This document shows positions 37,494 to 48,504 of a stretch of 64,000 bases of DNA, piece by piece. The notes below the pieces were generated by a model. It ran no database searches. It was not told the DNA's origin and saw only the letters and a list, made by a program, of their open reading frames with translations. Origin of the DNA: Bilabrum cf. latius (lineage: Eukaryota). Within the stretch, counting starts at the first letter, position 1, and each line of letters starts with the position of its first letter. Location: assembly GCA_965178125.1 (NCBI GenBank), contig OZ237752.1:620001-684000 (forward strand). Reading direction: 5' to 3'. The position numbers and the translations under genes are program-made.

Positions 37494-38100
37494 GTGCGCG
37501 CTACTTTGGCTGCAGTCCTGGACGGCCGCTGGATCGGTTGGCTAGATTCAGCTCTACCGATTAGGATGAGGTTAGGAAGCCAAGGTAGTCAGTCAGTCAC
37601 ACGAGGGTACCATCGGGATCTCTTCGAAGTCGGGCGTAAGTTAGGCATCGCCAAGATGCGAGGGTACGTCAGGATGGCGGCAGTGCGGAAGTCCACGCCC
37701 CTCGAGTCCATCGCACTGCGGAGCGGGGAGCCGGTGCCTGACAAGAGAGCGGCGCAGGAGGCGCTGGCACAGGCGTGGTACGGCCACCCGCCGGCGAAGG
37801 GGGTCAGGGCGTCTACAGCGAGCCTGGTCCACGCTTCTGCTGTGGAACAGGGTGGATCCCAGCGGAATGCGGGCCAGGTGGCGCAGCCGCTGCCCACTGC
37901 GGCCGAGGAGGAGCGGGAGTGGTCGATCCGCAATGCAGCCAGGCGTGCGTTGGAGGGCTAGATGCGAAAGTAGAGGGGGTGGATGGCAGGCCAGGTATAT
38001 GAGATAGTATTTGGAGGACTACTATGCTAGAGCAAGCCAGAGCATTGGCACTTGTTGCGAGAAGCGTGGCTCGACCGGGCAGTCCCTGTGAGCCGGGCAG
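37494..38100 (+). pseudogene. Longer copy of the degenerate non-LTR pre-RT/domain 0-like fragment
   Basis: RDLFEVGRKLG...LRSGEPVPDKRAAQEALAQAW...AQPLPTAAEEEREWSIRN, KVEGVDGRP (shifted frame), LLREAWLDRAVP. Confidence 0.5.
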
Positions 38101-38474
38101 GCTCTTGCACATTTCGCATACTAGTAGGAATCACGAACACCTTATTCTCGGCGCAGTGTCGAAATCATTATTATTGACTATCACTATCTTGTGGGAACAA
38201 CAAGATGGCAGTTCTCGATCATTTCCGCCGTAGCTTTGAAGGATCGGATCAAAGCACCTGCCGATGCAGCAGTGATGCTCGGTTCCGGACTGCCATCAGC
38301 CTCCACGATCTCTCACACAACCTCCATTCCAAAAGCAAGACTTGCAGAAGAACCATGCCATTGGGATTTCTGACCAATTCAGATGGCACGTACTCTTTCT
38401 AGCCCAAGGCAGTCTTCTCTGTTCTCTTAATAAGCGCAGCAGCAGCTCTCATCCTGCTCGCTTATCGCGAAACC

Positions 38475-38984
38475 ATGGATGCCGACCAGCAGGCAACTGC
38501 TTCGATAGCGCTGCTTGGTGGGCAGCTCCTGCTATCGTCTGACTATGACAGTCCAGTTGTGGCAAGGGGGAGGTTCTGGCTCGCGTATTGTCACGTAAGC
38601 GAGCCGTTCAAGAGCTACTTGAATGAGCCAACCATCTTGGTGGGAATCCTGACCGTACTCGGCTCAATCATTTCGGCACTGGCAATCCGTAACAAAGCGA
38701 CAGGACTGCTATGGATTCTGCTACTTTGTGAAGCCATACTCCGCTGGATTTTCGTCGGCTTGGTCAAGGCAAGAGCCGACCTGCACGTGCAGCAATTGAG
38801 GCAGAAGCTTCAAAAGGCGAACGAGACTACCCTGAAGCTAAGGCGCGAGAATAAAGGGCTGGCAAATGATAACAGACGCCTGGAACAGCGTGACGAAGAA
38901 TAGTAGACGGAAATCAAGAGTCTGAGGGAGCAACTAGCAGCAGCAACTGCAGCTCATGGCGCAAGTGTCGCCAGTGGGGAGTGA
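38475..38984 (+). CDS. Small two-TM plus coiled-coil protein, copy 2 (TAG=Gln)
   Basis: Reading through TAG TAG at 38901-38906 gives the same ASVASGE-TGA end as copy 1. Confidence 0.6.
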
Positions 38985-39239
38985 CAGGCTGATGTTGGCA
39001 AGGACCAGAGTGCGTAGAGTATGGTCTAGTTTGCGAAATCTTGATTTGCAGTAGCTATAAAACTTCTCGATTGGAATTTACTTAGTATAGCTGACATCTG
39101 GCAGTCGAATTGCAATAGAATGCGCAGCCACCATCAAGCCCAGCAAATAGCACACAGTTAGAGCAACCAAGTGCTTGATAAAGTGTTGAGCCGGTGAACA
39201 GCAGTCTTGAATGCACTACCTGGTAGCAGTCTCGCCGAA

Positions 39240-39821
39240 TCAGTCTCGTTTCGCTCGCTCTGTTGAAGTAGGCGCTGCGACTATTGGAAACGAGCCCCCA
39301 CAGTCTTCGCATGCATAGTCTTCCTCAATCGTCCTATGCTATTTCATACTTATTGACGTGCCTTCTAGTCCACTCGAAGGTTTGCACTTACTTAGCCAGT
39401 GCTGCACAGCTGCTGCGCAGTTAGGGTTGGACCCCCCATTCCGTGTCGAGTAAAGTGATTGAGCGAACTCTAGAGGCATGTTGGTATACACCTCAGGATA
39501 TCCCAAGCACTCCACTAGAGCATCCGCGTCCTCTGCGCACTTGATGTCGACGTCAATTCTCTTCAACCGCCCGTCCGAGTCGAACCAGTGAGACACGAGC
39601 GCCACGTGCCGTTTTCCAAGGTACTGCACTAGCTCGCGTTTCACTTTGCCTGCATACGCAGTACATGCCTCCGCAGAAGGCTTGCATTCACCTTCATGGC
39701 TTGCTGCTATTCGGCACGTCTTCGTGGCAGGTATCGAGGTTTTGTCCGTCGTGCCCGATACGCGTGAAACCGTCGAAGATGCCTCCCCCGCTCCGGTCCA
39801 CTCGAAAATGGACAAGGCCAT
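39240..39821 (-). CDS. Unknown ~190-aa family, copy 3 (TAG=Gln)
   Basis: Reading through TAG 39339 restores HRTIEEDYACEDCGGSFP...RAKRD-TGA. Confidence 0.72.
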
Positions 39822-40286
39822 GCTCAATCACGCATGGTTGCGGCTGTTGCGTTAGCGCGGAATCAGCTGCTAAGAGTCGGGAAAGTGCTTGGCTGCGAGC
39901 CGCGCGATTCTGCGGAACCGGAACCTCGAACAGTGTTGGCTTGGTCTGATTTTGGACGGGCTGATGAGCGGGAAATGAGGGGGATGCGCAAGGGGATGGA
40001 TAGAATATGGCGCAGGGTCGGATTGAGAGTGATCCGAGGCAATGTTAGGGCCCGTCGCCGCCCTCTTCCTTCTCGTCCACCCCCGACTGCCGCTCCTGCG
40101 CGTGCCCCGCTGGACTTATCTGACCGCTCTCTCCTCCGCTTCGCCATCAGTTCCTGCACCATGAGCGAGTACTGCACCCAATGCGCGACCTCAAGCTCAG
40201 AGACCTCACCAGCAATCTGCGTGGCCAACTTCGAGACTCTGTGAACCAATCTGCAAGATTCACGCGGGTACAGCCAACCCTCCGTG

Positions 40287-40725
40287 ATGGGACACTGGTA
40301 CAGCTGGAGCTCCTGGGTTCTCGGGCTCGATCTCCTCTGTGGATGGGCTTTGGGTCAGTCCCTCGCAGACGTGCACGTGTGGGCCCGCCGCCGGATGCAG
40401 AGGTACGCCGCCCTCAAGCACCTGGCCGAGAGGAGCGGGGTGCAGCAAGGAGGCCAGCACACCGCCGACAGTGCCATGGTCCTCGAGAGCAAAAAGGGGC
40501 ACATCAGCAAGCCCGGGTGGCAGGGGAGGGACCAGGACCAGGACGAGTACGACGACGACGACGAAGAGCGCTTCGGAAGACATGAACGACGGCACACGAC
40601 GATGGCGCGAGCGTGCAGTCCGGCAACTCCAAGCCCTCGCACGTGGGCAACCGCTCCACGCTGAATACCTCCCGCTCCCGCAAGCACGCCACACCGCTGG
40701 CCCCAACTCAGGCGCCGACAGCCAT
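40287..40725 (+). pseudogene. Leader plus frameshifted fragment of the TmcB-like gene
   Basis: Matches 25314-25760, with deletions after YDDDD that cause a frameshift. Confidence 0.75.
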
Positions 40726-40742
40726 TAGCAGTCTCGCCACTT

Positions 40743-41324
40743 TTAATCTCGTTTTTCTCGCTCCGTTGAAGTAGGCGCTGCGACTATTGGAAACGAGCCC
40801 CCATAATCTTCGCATGCATAGTCTTCCTCAATCGTCCTATGCTATTTCATACTTATTGACGTACCTTCTAGTCCACTCGAAGGTGAGCAGTCGCTTAGCC
40901 AGTGCTAGACAGCTGCTGCGCAGTTAGGGTTGAACCCCTTACACCGGTTCGAATACACTGCTTGGGTGAACTCTAGAGGCAAGTGAGTATACACCTCAGG
41001 ATATCCCAAGCACTCCACTAGAGCATCCGCGTCCTCTGCGTACTTGATGTCGACGTCAATTCTCTTCAACCGCCCGTCCGAGTCGAACCAGTGAGACACG
41101 AGCGCCACGTGCCGTTTTCCAAGGTACTGCACTAGCTCGCGTTTCACTTTGCCTGCATATGCAGTACATGCCTCCGCAAAAGGCTTGCATTCACCTTCAT
41201 GGCTTGCTGCTATTCGGCACGTCTTCGTGGCAGGCACCGAGGTTTTGTCCGTCGTGCCCGATACGCGTGAAACCGTCGAAGATGCCTCCCCCGCTCCGGT
41301 CCACTCGAAAATGGACAAGGCCAT
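40743..41324 (-). CDS. Unknown ~190-aa family, copy 4 (TAG=Gln; CEDC changed to CEDY)
   Basis: Reading through TAG 40905 (CAG in siblings) and TAG 40842 reaches TAA 40743 at the homologous position. Confidence 0.68.
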
Positions 41325-41791
41325 GCTCAATCACGCATGGTTGCGGCTGTTGCGTTAGCGTGGAATCAGCTGCTAAGAGTCGGGAAAGTGCTTGGCTGCG
41401 AGCGGCGCGATTCTGCGGAACCGGAACCCCTCGAACAGTGTTGGCTTGGTCTGATTTTGGACGGGCTGATGAGCGGGAAATGAGGGGGATGCGCAAGGGG
41501 ATGGATAGAATATGGCGCAGGGTCGGATTGAGAGTGATCCGAGGCAATGTTAGGCCCCGTCGCCGCCCTCTTCCTTCTCGTCCACCCCCGACTGCCGCTC
41601 CTGCGCGTGCCCCGCTGGACTTATCTGACCGCTCTCTCCTCCGCTTCGCCATCAGTTCCTGCACCATGAGCGAGTACTGCACCCAATGCGCGACCTCAAG
41701 CTCAGAGACCTCACCAGCAATCTGTGTGGCCAACTTCGAGACTCTGTGAACCAATCTGCAAGATTCACGCGGGTACAGCCAACCCTCCGTG

Positions 41792-42230
41792 ATGGGACAC
41801 TGGTACAGCTGGAGCTCCTGGGTTCTCGGGCTCGATCTCCTCTGTGGATGGGCTTTGGGTCAGTCCCTCGCAGACGTGCACGTGTGGTCCCGCCGCCGGA
41901 TGCAGAGGTACGCCGCTCTCAAGCACCTGGCCGAGAGGAGCGGGGTGCAGCAAGGAGGCCAGCACACCGCCGACAGTGCCATGGTCCTCGAGAGCAAAAA
42001 GGGGCACATCAGCAAGCCCGGGTGGCAGGGGAGGGACCAGGACCAGGACGAGTACGACGACGACGACGAAGAGCGCTTCGGGAGACATGAACGACGGCAC
42101 ACGACGATGGCGCGAGCGTGCAGTCCGGCAACTCCAAGCCCTCGCACGTGGGCAACCGCTCCACGCTGAACACCTCCCGCTCCCGCAAGCGCGCCACACC
42201 GCTGGCCCCAACTCAGGCGCCGACAGCCAT
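41792..42230 (+). pseudogene. Leader plus frameshifted fragment of the TmcB-like gene (second array unit)
   Basis: Near-identical to 40287-40725. Confidence 0.75.
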
Positions 42231-42247
42231 TAGCAGTCTCGCCACTT

Positions 42248-42823
42248 TTAATCTCGTTTTGCTCTCTCCGTTGAAGTTGGCGCTGCGACTATTGGAAACG
42301 AGCCCCCACAGTCTTCACATGCATAGTCCTCCTCAAACGTTCTATGCTTTTTCATCCATTTGCCTTCTATTATACTCGAAGGTAAGCACTCGCTTAGCCA
42401 GTGCTGCACAGCTGCCGCGCAATTAGGGTTGGAACCCCCATTCCGTGTCGAGTACAGTGATTGAGCGAACTCTAGAGGCATGTTGGTATACACCTCAGGA
42501 TATCCCAAGCACTCCACTAGAGCATCCGCGTCCTCTGCGTACTTGATGTCGACGTCAATTCTCTTCAACCGCCCGTCCGAGTCGAACCAGTGAGACACGA
42601 GCGCCACGTGCCGTTTTCCAAGGTACTGCACTAACTCGCGTTTCACTTTGCCTGCATACGCAGTGCATGCCTCCGCAGAGGGCTTGCATTCACCTTCATG
42701 GCTTGCTGCTATTCGGCACGTCTTCGTGGCAGGTATCGAGGTTTTGTCCGTCGTGCCCGATACGCGTGAAACCGTCGACGATGCCGCCCCCGCTCCGGTC
42801 CACTCGAAAATAGACAAGGCCAT
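42248..42823 (-). CDS. Unknown ~190-aa family, copy 5
   Basis: Nearly identical protein to copy 1 but ends in TAA; unique upstream sequence beyond ~42872. Confidence 0.75.
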   Translation of the reverse strand: MALSIFEWTGAGAASSTVSRVSGTTDKTSIPATKTCRIAASHEGECKPSAEACTAYAGKVKRELVQYLGKRHVALVSHWFDSDGRLKRIDVDIKYAEDADALVECLGYPEVYTNMPLEFAQSLYSTRNGGSNPNCAAAVQHWLSECLPSSIIEGKWMKKHRTFEEDYACEDCGGSFPIVAAPTSTERAKRD

Positions 42824-43358
42824 GCTCAATCACGCATGGTTGCGGCAGTTGCGTTAGCGAGGAATCAGCTGCTATAAATCAAAGCGAGTGCTTGGTCATC
42901 GCCGCGCCGCGGCGCGGTTCCGGTTCCGTTTTGCGGAGCTTTTTTGTCGTTGTCGAGGTCTGATGATGCCTTGAAGTCGGTGGCAGTACATATGAATATC
43001 CCCGGCTCGATTAGAAAGGGCGATTGTGGAGCTGTAGAATATCAATTGGGGTTGGGGTGGGGGGGGGGGGGGTCATGAAACATGGACGGATCCTCTGGTG
43101 CTACGGCTGCCAACAGCCTCACCGGCAGAACTGCAAAGCTTGGAAGGGGGAGGGGGACACCTAGTAGGCGACCGACGCCACGCTATGCTCGATCCAAACG
43201 TACAGTCCTGAGTCCACAAGCGCGCATCAACTGGCAGGTTCCTTGCTTTGATCCGATCCATCGTGGCGGAGTGACGACCAGGCGAACAGTCAAGTCAACG
43301 TGCCCCATCACGTCGCCAAACAAGCACCAACAATCTCCAGTGAAGTCTTCAGTGAATC

Positions 43359-45806
43359 ATGGCTACAATAGTATAGCGTGACATCTCAGCGACGCCGCTG
43401 GGCACCTGTGAAATGCTAGTTCATCTGGATTTGAAAGGCGCGCCACCGACGATCGACTACTTGTGCGGATTGCTGCCGCTTCTAAGGAAGTGGGGCGCTA
43501 CTGGATTACTGGTAGAGTGGGAAGATATGCTACCGTGGGGAGGGGTATTTGGCTGTATTCGCCACCCAGAGGCATACTCGGAAGCCGATATCAAGCGTTT
43601 CGGGGATTCTTGCCGGGAATGCAAACTGGACATCATTCCATTGGTACAGACATTTGGACACATGGAATCGGTGTTAAAACACGTAAAGTTTGAGGCTCTC
43701 CGCGAGGAGCCTGATAACTACATGGATCTGGCACCGTGCGTCGAAGGCGCAAGGCGATTGGCATCGGAGCTCGTGATTGAGATCCTCAGGGTGCATAGGC
43801 GGGCGGGAATCCCGGTCAGTCGGTTGCACGTTGGGTGTGATGAGGTGTTTTCCCTGGGTTCGCACCCGCAGAGTGCAAAGAAAGCAGCTGAGCTGGGGTC
43901 TGGGCGTCTTTTTGTGGACCACCTGGAACACGTCTGCTCAGCGTGCCGCTCCGCAAATGTGCGACCGATGATATGGCACGACATGGCCGGCAAGTTCGAC
44001 GCAGCTGCTTTAAGGCGTGTCGGCTCTCTCGCAGATGTCGTAGTTTGGAGCTACGTCCCTCGCATTGACGACGCCCTTGCGACCGGGCTCTGGGACCGCC
44101 TGGCTGCGGCCGGCGTCGACGTCTGGGGCGCAAGCGCCTTCAAAGGGGCGTCGCTTCCCGATGCGGACTGGGTTCCCGAAGTTAGGCACGTTTCTAACCA
44201 CGAGTCGTGGGTGCGTCGCGCTCGCCTCACGCGCCTGAAGGGCTTCGTGGTGACTGGCTGGTCTCGGTTCAACCACACGGCCGCACTGTGCGAGACCCTG
44301 CCCGTCGCGCTTCCCACGCTCGCCCTGTGTATGGCGGTGCTTCGGCAGGGCGGACTTCGAGACACTGCTGCCATGCGTGCGAGGGTGGCCTCCGAGCTGG
44401 GCCTGCCCGCCCCCTTGCCCGGTGCCTCAGGTGCACCGCGGGCTGGACCTCTGCAGGCGCTCGCAGATTCGCTGGACAAGGAGGCCCCGCACAAGGGACT
44501 GCGAGCAGCTGAGCCCGGACCACCTTCGTCCTCGTCCTCGTCCTCTTCGTCGTCGTCGTCGTCATCAGCGGCAGCATCTTCATCTTCATCCTCGTCACCG
44601 AAGCCCAGGGGGCCGTACCCTGGCGCGGCGCTGCTCGGCGCAATCGCAGCTCTCGAGGCGGCGAGGCTCGCCCTTGCGCGCACGGAGGAGAACGAGAGGC
44701 TGTTCTGCCCCCCTCACACCCACAGGCTCAACCCACCCATGTGGGCGAGGCTGTACTGGCACGCGGGTCAGACGGTGCGGCAAGGGCAGCAGATCAGGGA
44801 CCGAGTGCTCCGTGCGTGCAAGGGCGTGCTGCTGCCCCGCGGGGCGGCTGAACTGGCAGACTGCAAGGCGGGGCAGCTGCTGAGGGACGCAGAGGCCTGT
44901 CAGGGAAGGCTGGCTCGGCTGCTGCAGGCGTATTGCGGCGGGCCCGTTCCTGTCGCTGCTGCGGGCGGGCCCCTACCCAAGGGGGCCGTAGTGCCCGACC
45001 CCAGTGCGAGCGCGGCCGCCATGCTGAGCGGTACCGGCGGGGGTTTCTCTGGGCCTGGCACTCGCGCTAGCGTGTCCGAGGCGATCCTCTCCCGCGCCGC
45101 TGCTGCGAGCGCGGTGCCGGGTGCTCCGGGCGTGGAGGGCACCCTGCTGCTGCTGGACGCTGGGCGTCCGGGGGCCCTGGTGTACCCTCTGCCGGCATCC
45201 GTGACAGATGCAATCAGAAGGACTGGCGGCGGTGCGGGTGCAGCGCACGGTGGTGCGGGCCCTGCCGGCTCGCCCTCGAGGGGGCCCCCTCCTCCGGGCA
45301 GCAGTACTTTGACCCCCGGCATGGGCGTTGGTGCTGGGCCGCCCGCCGGACGGGGGGGGCAGGGAGCGGTGGGCAGCGCAGTGCCTGCCAGTCCGCCCAT
45401 GATACCAGGCGATGCAGATGAGTCTGCGCTGCCGGGGCAAGGTGCGATCAGCCAGGTCGGCTCTGAGCTTCAGCTCTCTCCGGCGAGTGATTCTGGCAGC
45501 TCTGCTGCTGGCATGGGCGTGGGAATCGGCATGGGCGTGGGCATGGGTAGCGGTAGCGGTGGCAATGGCGGCTTCGGTCCCATGCGGATGTCGTCGAATG
45601 GCAGCAGCATCATGGGGAACAGCGTCATGGATGCGGCGTCTGATGCAGGCACCGAGCCCGTAGGGATGGATGGGATGGGGCAGGGAGGTGCCCCGGGTGC
45701 GGGTGGGGGCCTGCAGCGGCCTTGCAGTGCGATGAGCAGCGGCACGGAGGAATCAGGCATGGCGTCCACGATGGGGTCTGGGGGGGGTGCAGCCATGCGC
45801 TCGTGA
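43359..45806 (+). CDS. HEXD: Hexosaminidase D-like glycoside hydrolase family 20 with long low-complexity C-terminal tail
   Basis: LVHLDLKGAPP, GLLVEWEDMLPW, IPLVQTFGHME, catalytic HVGCDEV, IWHDM, WGASAFKGA, TGWSRFNH, LCETLP. Start is ATG 43359 (via one TAG) or 43413. Confidence 0.9.
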
Positions 45807-45988
45807 GAGGCGGTGGCGCGGTGCCTGCGGTGCTTTGCGTGGCATGGTGACTTTTAGTACTGCAACAATTCGCGATCAGCTTGAATAACACTGTCTGTGG
45901 CACCATACAATCAGATAACAACCAAGCGTCGTGACGATCCGGAGCCGGAAGAATCCATGCAGCAAATGTTTCGCACTCGCCCACACAC

Positions 45989-48298
45989 ATGGCGCTAGTT
46001 GATGCGGTGCGGGCGCTTCGAACAGGTCGAACTACACCATCCGAGCTGGCTTCTTCAGTCGTAGCGGCCTCGAATGCGCGACTGCTTCGGCAGGGCCATT
46101 CATAGCGATCTACCGTAAGCCCCTGTCAATGTACGCCTTTTGGCGGTATGTGTGCCTCTTGGCCTAATGTGCGTCTACCAATGCGTTTTCATAAGTTATC
46201 GCAGTAGTTGATTTAGTTGCCTTGCTCTGTAAGATGCATGGACGTGGAGTCCGTGTCTGAGCAATACATGGTGACTGGTGACGGCAGAGGCGGAATCGGC
46301 CTGTGGGACCTTCGCACTGCTGGACGAGGAGCAGTCGATACCAAGGACTATATTTAGATGCTGCATGGAGGCAGCTCAAGCAGTTTGTCTTCCGATGCGG
46401 TCAAGCAGCGCGTTCGGTGGCTCGCGACGGTGCATGGCTCTGCTGGTGGTGGCCGCCGGGCACCCGCAAGCGAGTGCGCGGCAAGGCTCCTGCGACCTAT
46501 CGCGTATCGATCGCCACCGCCGCGACGGAAGGCATCGAAAGGCACGGCTGCAGCCAGCGGGCGAGTTGAAGGCCACTCCCGCTCAGTGACGGTGGTGCAG
46601 TGGCTGCCGCACGATCGCAACGTTCTCGTGTCGGCTGGCACCGACGGGCAGCTGATGGCGTGGGACGTCAGCAGAATGACGCCATCGCTCAAGGTGGATG
46701 TTGGCGCGATCGTGAGGCAGCAGGGGCACCTCTCCACGGACGCGATGAGGCTGGCAGCCGAGACGGGCGTGAGTCTTCCGTCCACTGGCGCCTCGTCTGC
46801 GAGCAGCGGCACAGCACCCATCGTGGCAATGGCGGCGGCTGCTGTGCCTGGGTACGGGCACGGAGCCTCCTCCAGCGAAAGCTTCAGCGATAAAGGCGGG
46901 AAAGAAGCAGAGAGGGCGAGGAGAAAGAGGAGAAAGACGGGGGGATTCGGGCTTGGTGCCCTGGATGATGACGGTGATGATGATGGGGACAGGAGCGAGG
47001 GTGCTGAGAGGAAGAGTAGGAGGAGGGGTCTGGAACGCAGTGGAAACGCCGCGAGCGGGAGATGCAGTCACTCGTCACACCATTTGCGACCAGTACCAGT
47101 TCCGCTGGTGGCCGTTGCGGCCGGCGGGGATCCGAGAATCAGGCTGGTCGACCTGAGGACTGGTGACCCCGCGCATTCCCTGCCGGGTCACGGGGCCCCG
47201 GTCACGGCCGTGTGCTGGAGTCCTGGCAGCGAGTGGCTGCTGGCCTCTGGGGACAGGGCAGGGGCGGTGCTCCTGTGGGACGCTCGCATGGCTGGGAGGC
47301 GTGCGTGCATCGGCGCGCTGGACAGGTTTGGGGCACCTGGCGGGAGCGGTGGGGTGGGGCCTGGGACATCCGGGGGGATGAGGAGTGCAGCCGACTCTTC
47401 GTCTTCGGTTTCGCAGTCTGCGTCTGCTTTCTTGGCTGGCACGGCTGCTCACTCTGGCCCTGTTCGGTCGCTCCGGTTCGTGGCCAGTGGCACCCGCACT
47501 GGCAGCGGGAGCGCCAGCCCTCCTGCATGGCTTCTCCTGTCAGCGGGTTCGGATGGGTCGATTCGGCAGTGGGATACTCTGTCCATGCAAACGTGGGGGC
47601 GGGCTTGGCACACTGGGGCTGAATTAGCGCCTGATACAGGTGCCAGTGGGAGTATTGCTGCGGTAGGCGCTTCCGATGAGCTCTCGCTGTCACCGTCTGT
47701 GGTGGCCCCTCTCCCAGCCCGCTTGCCAGCCGTCAAGGTGACCCACAGGGGCCTCCCCGTCCCTGCCGCACTGAGAGTTCCCACTCGTCACACTGCATCG
47801 GGGGTGGTGGGCTCGCGCGGTGCTGCTGCCATCCTGTGGCCTTGCGCGGCGGGCACAGCCCCACCCACAGTTGGGAGCCAGGGCAGCAGGGGCAGGGGGG
47901 GGCAGGGTGGGCAAAGTGGATCCGAGGGGGGGCCAGGGGGTATGCCAATGGACGTGCGGGAGGGCCTGGATCCGGCCCCTGGGGCCGTATGGGGCCTGTG
48001 CGCGGCGACAGGGCGACCCCTGTGCTGCTGGTCTGCCCACTTCGGCGAGGCCACCGCGGTCGTTTCGTTGCGCGGGGGCGGGGGCGGTGGGGTGCTTTCG
48101 TGCGGAGAGGATGGTGCGGTGGTGCTGCATGAAGTTAATTGGGGCAGGGGAAAGGCTGGGGTGGCGTTGGGGGCGGGAGACGGGGCCTAGCCTCTGGACG
48201 TGACGGAGGTTGCGATTGCCGGAGAGGGTGCGTCCGCGCGAGCTGCCAGGCTGCTCTCCCAGGCGGCCTCCAGGGCTGGGGCTCGGGTGTGGGGCTGA
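45989..48298 (+). CDS. ERCC8: WD40 protein, ERCC8/CSA-like (TAG=Gln; probable in-frame intron 46115-46204)
   Basis: VRCMDVESVSEQYMVTGDGRGGIGLWDL; GHSRSVTVVQWLPHD; IRLVDLRTGDPAHSLPGH...VCWSPGSEWLLASG...LWDAR; AHSGPVRSLRF. Motif order matches CSA. Ends at TGA 48296. Confidence 0.8.
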
Positions 48299-48504
48299 TA
48301 GAAGTGGTAGGGATGAATTCGTTGGAGGCCATCGTTGGTTGTTTACCGCGCACTGCACACAAGCCACATCAACCACACGTACCACGGGCACCACGGGTGG
48401 GTGGGGGCACTGGCATTTGCGGCCAGCTCGTCACATTTCGTGCACCTAGAGAAAATAGGCTCCAGTACCACTTTCGACGATTATTTTCGCATGGTATCAT
48501 CCAG

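Larger units (their letters stand above)
39224..42872. repeat. ~1.5-kb tandem array (units 39224-40725, 40726-42230, partial 42231-42872)
   Basis: Each unit starts TAGCAGTCTCGCC and carries the reverse ORF, a spacer and (in full units) a PAS-gene fragment; offsets about 1499-1505. Confidence 0.92.

Noticed and set aside
39224-42872. CRISPR-like or DGR-like interpretation of repeats near the RT
   Set aside because: Units are 1.5 kb with no short repeat-spacer pattern, the RT has LINE-type motifs, and differences between copies are not adenine-specific.
22426-43300. Endogenous virophage/Polinton, Ngaro/DIRS or Penelope element
   Set aside because: No capsid, pPolB, ATPase, tyrosine recombinase, RNase H or GIY-YIG motifs, and no terminal inverted repeats were seen.
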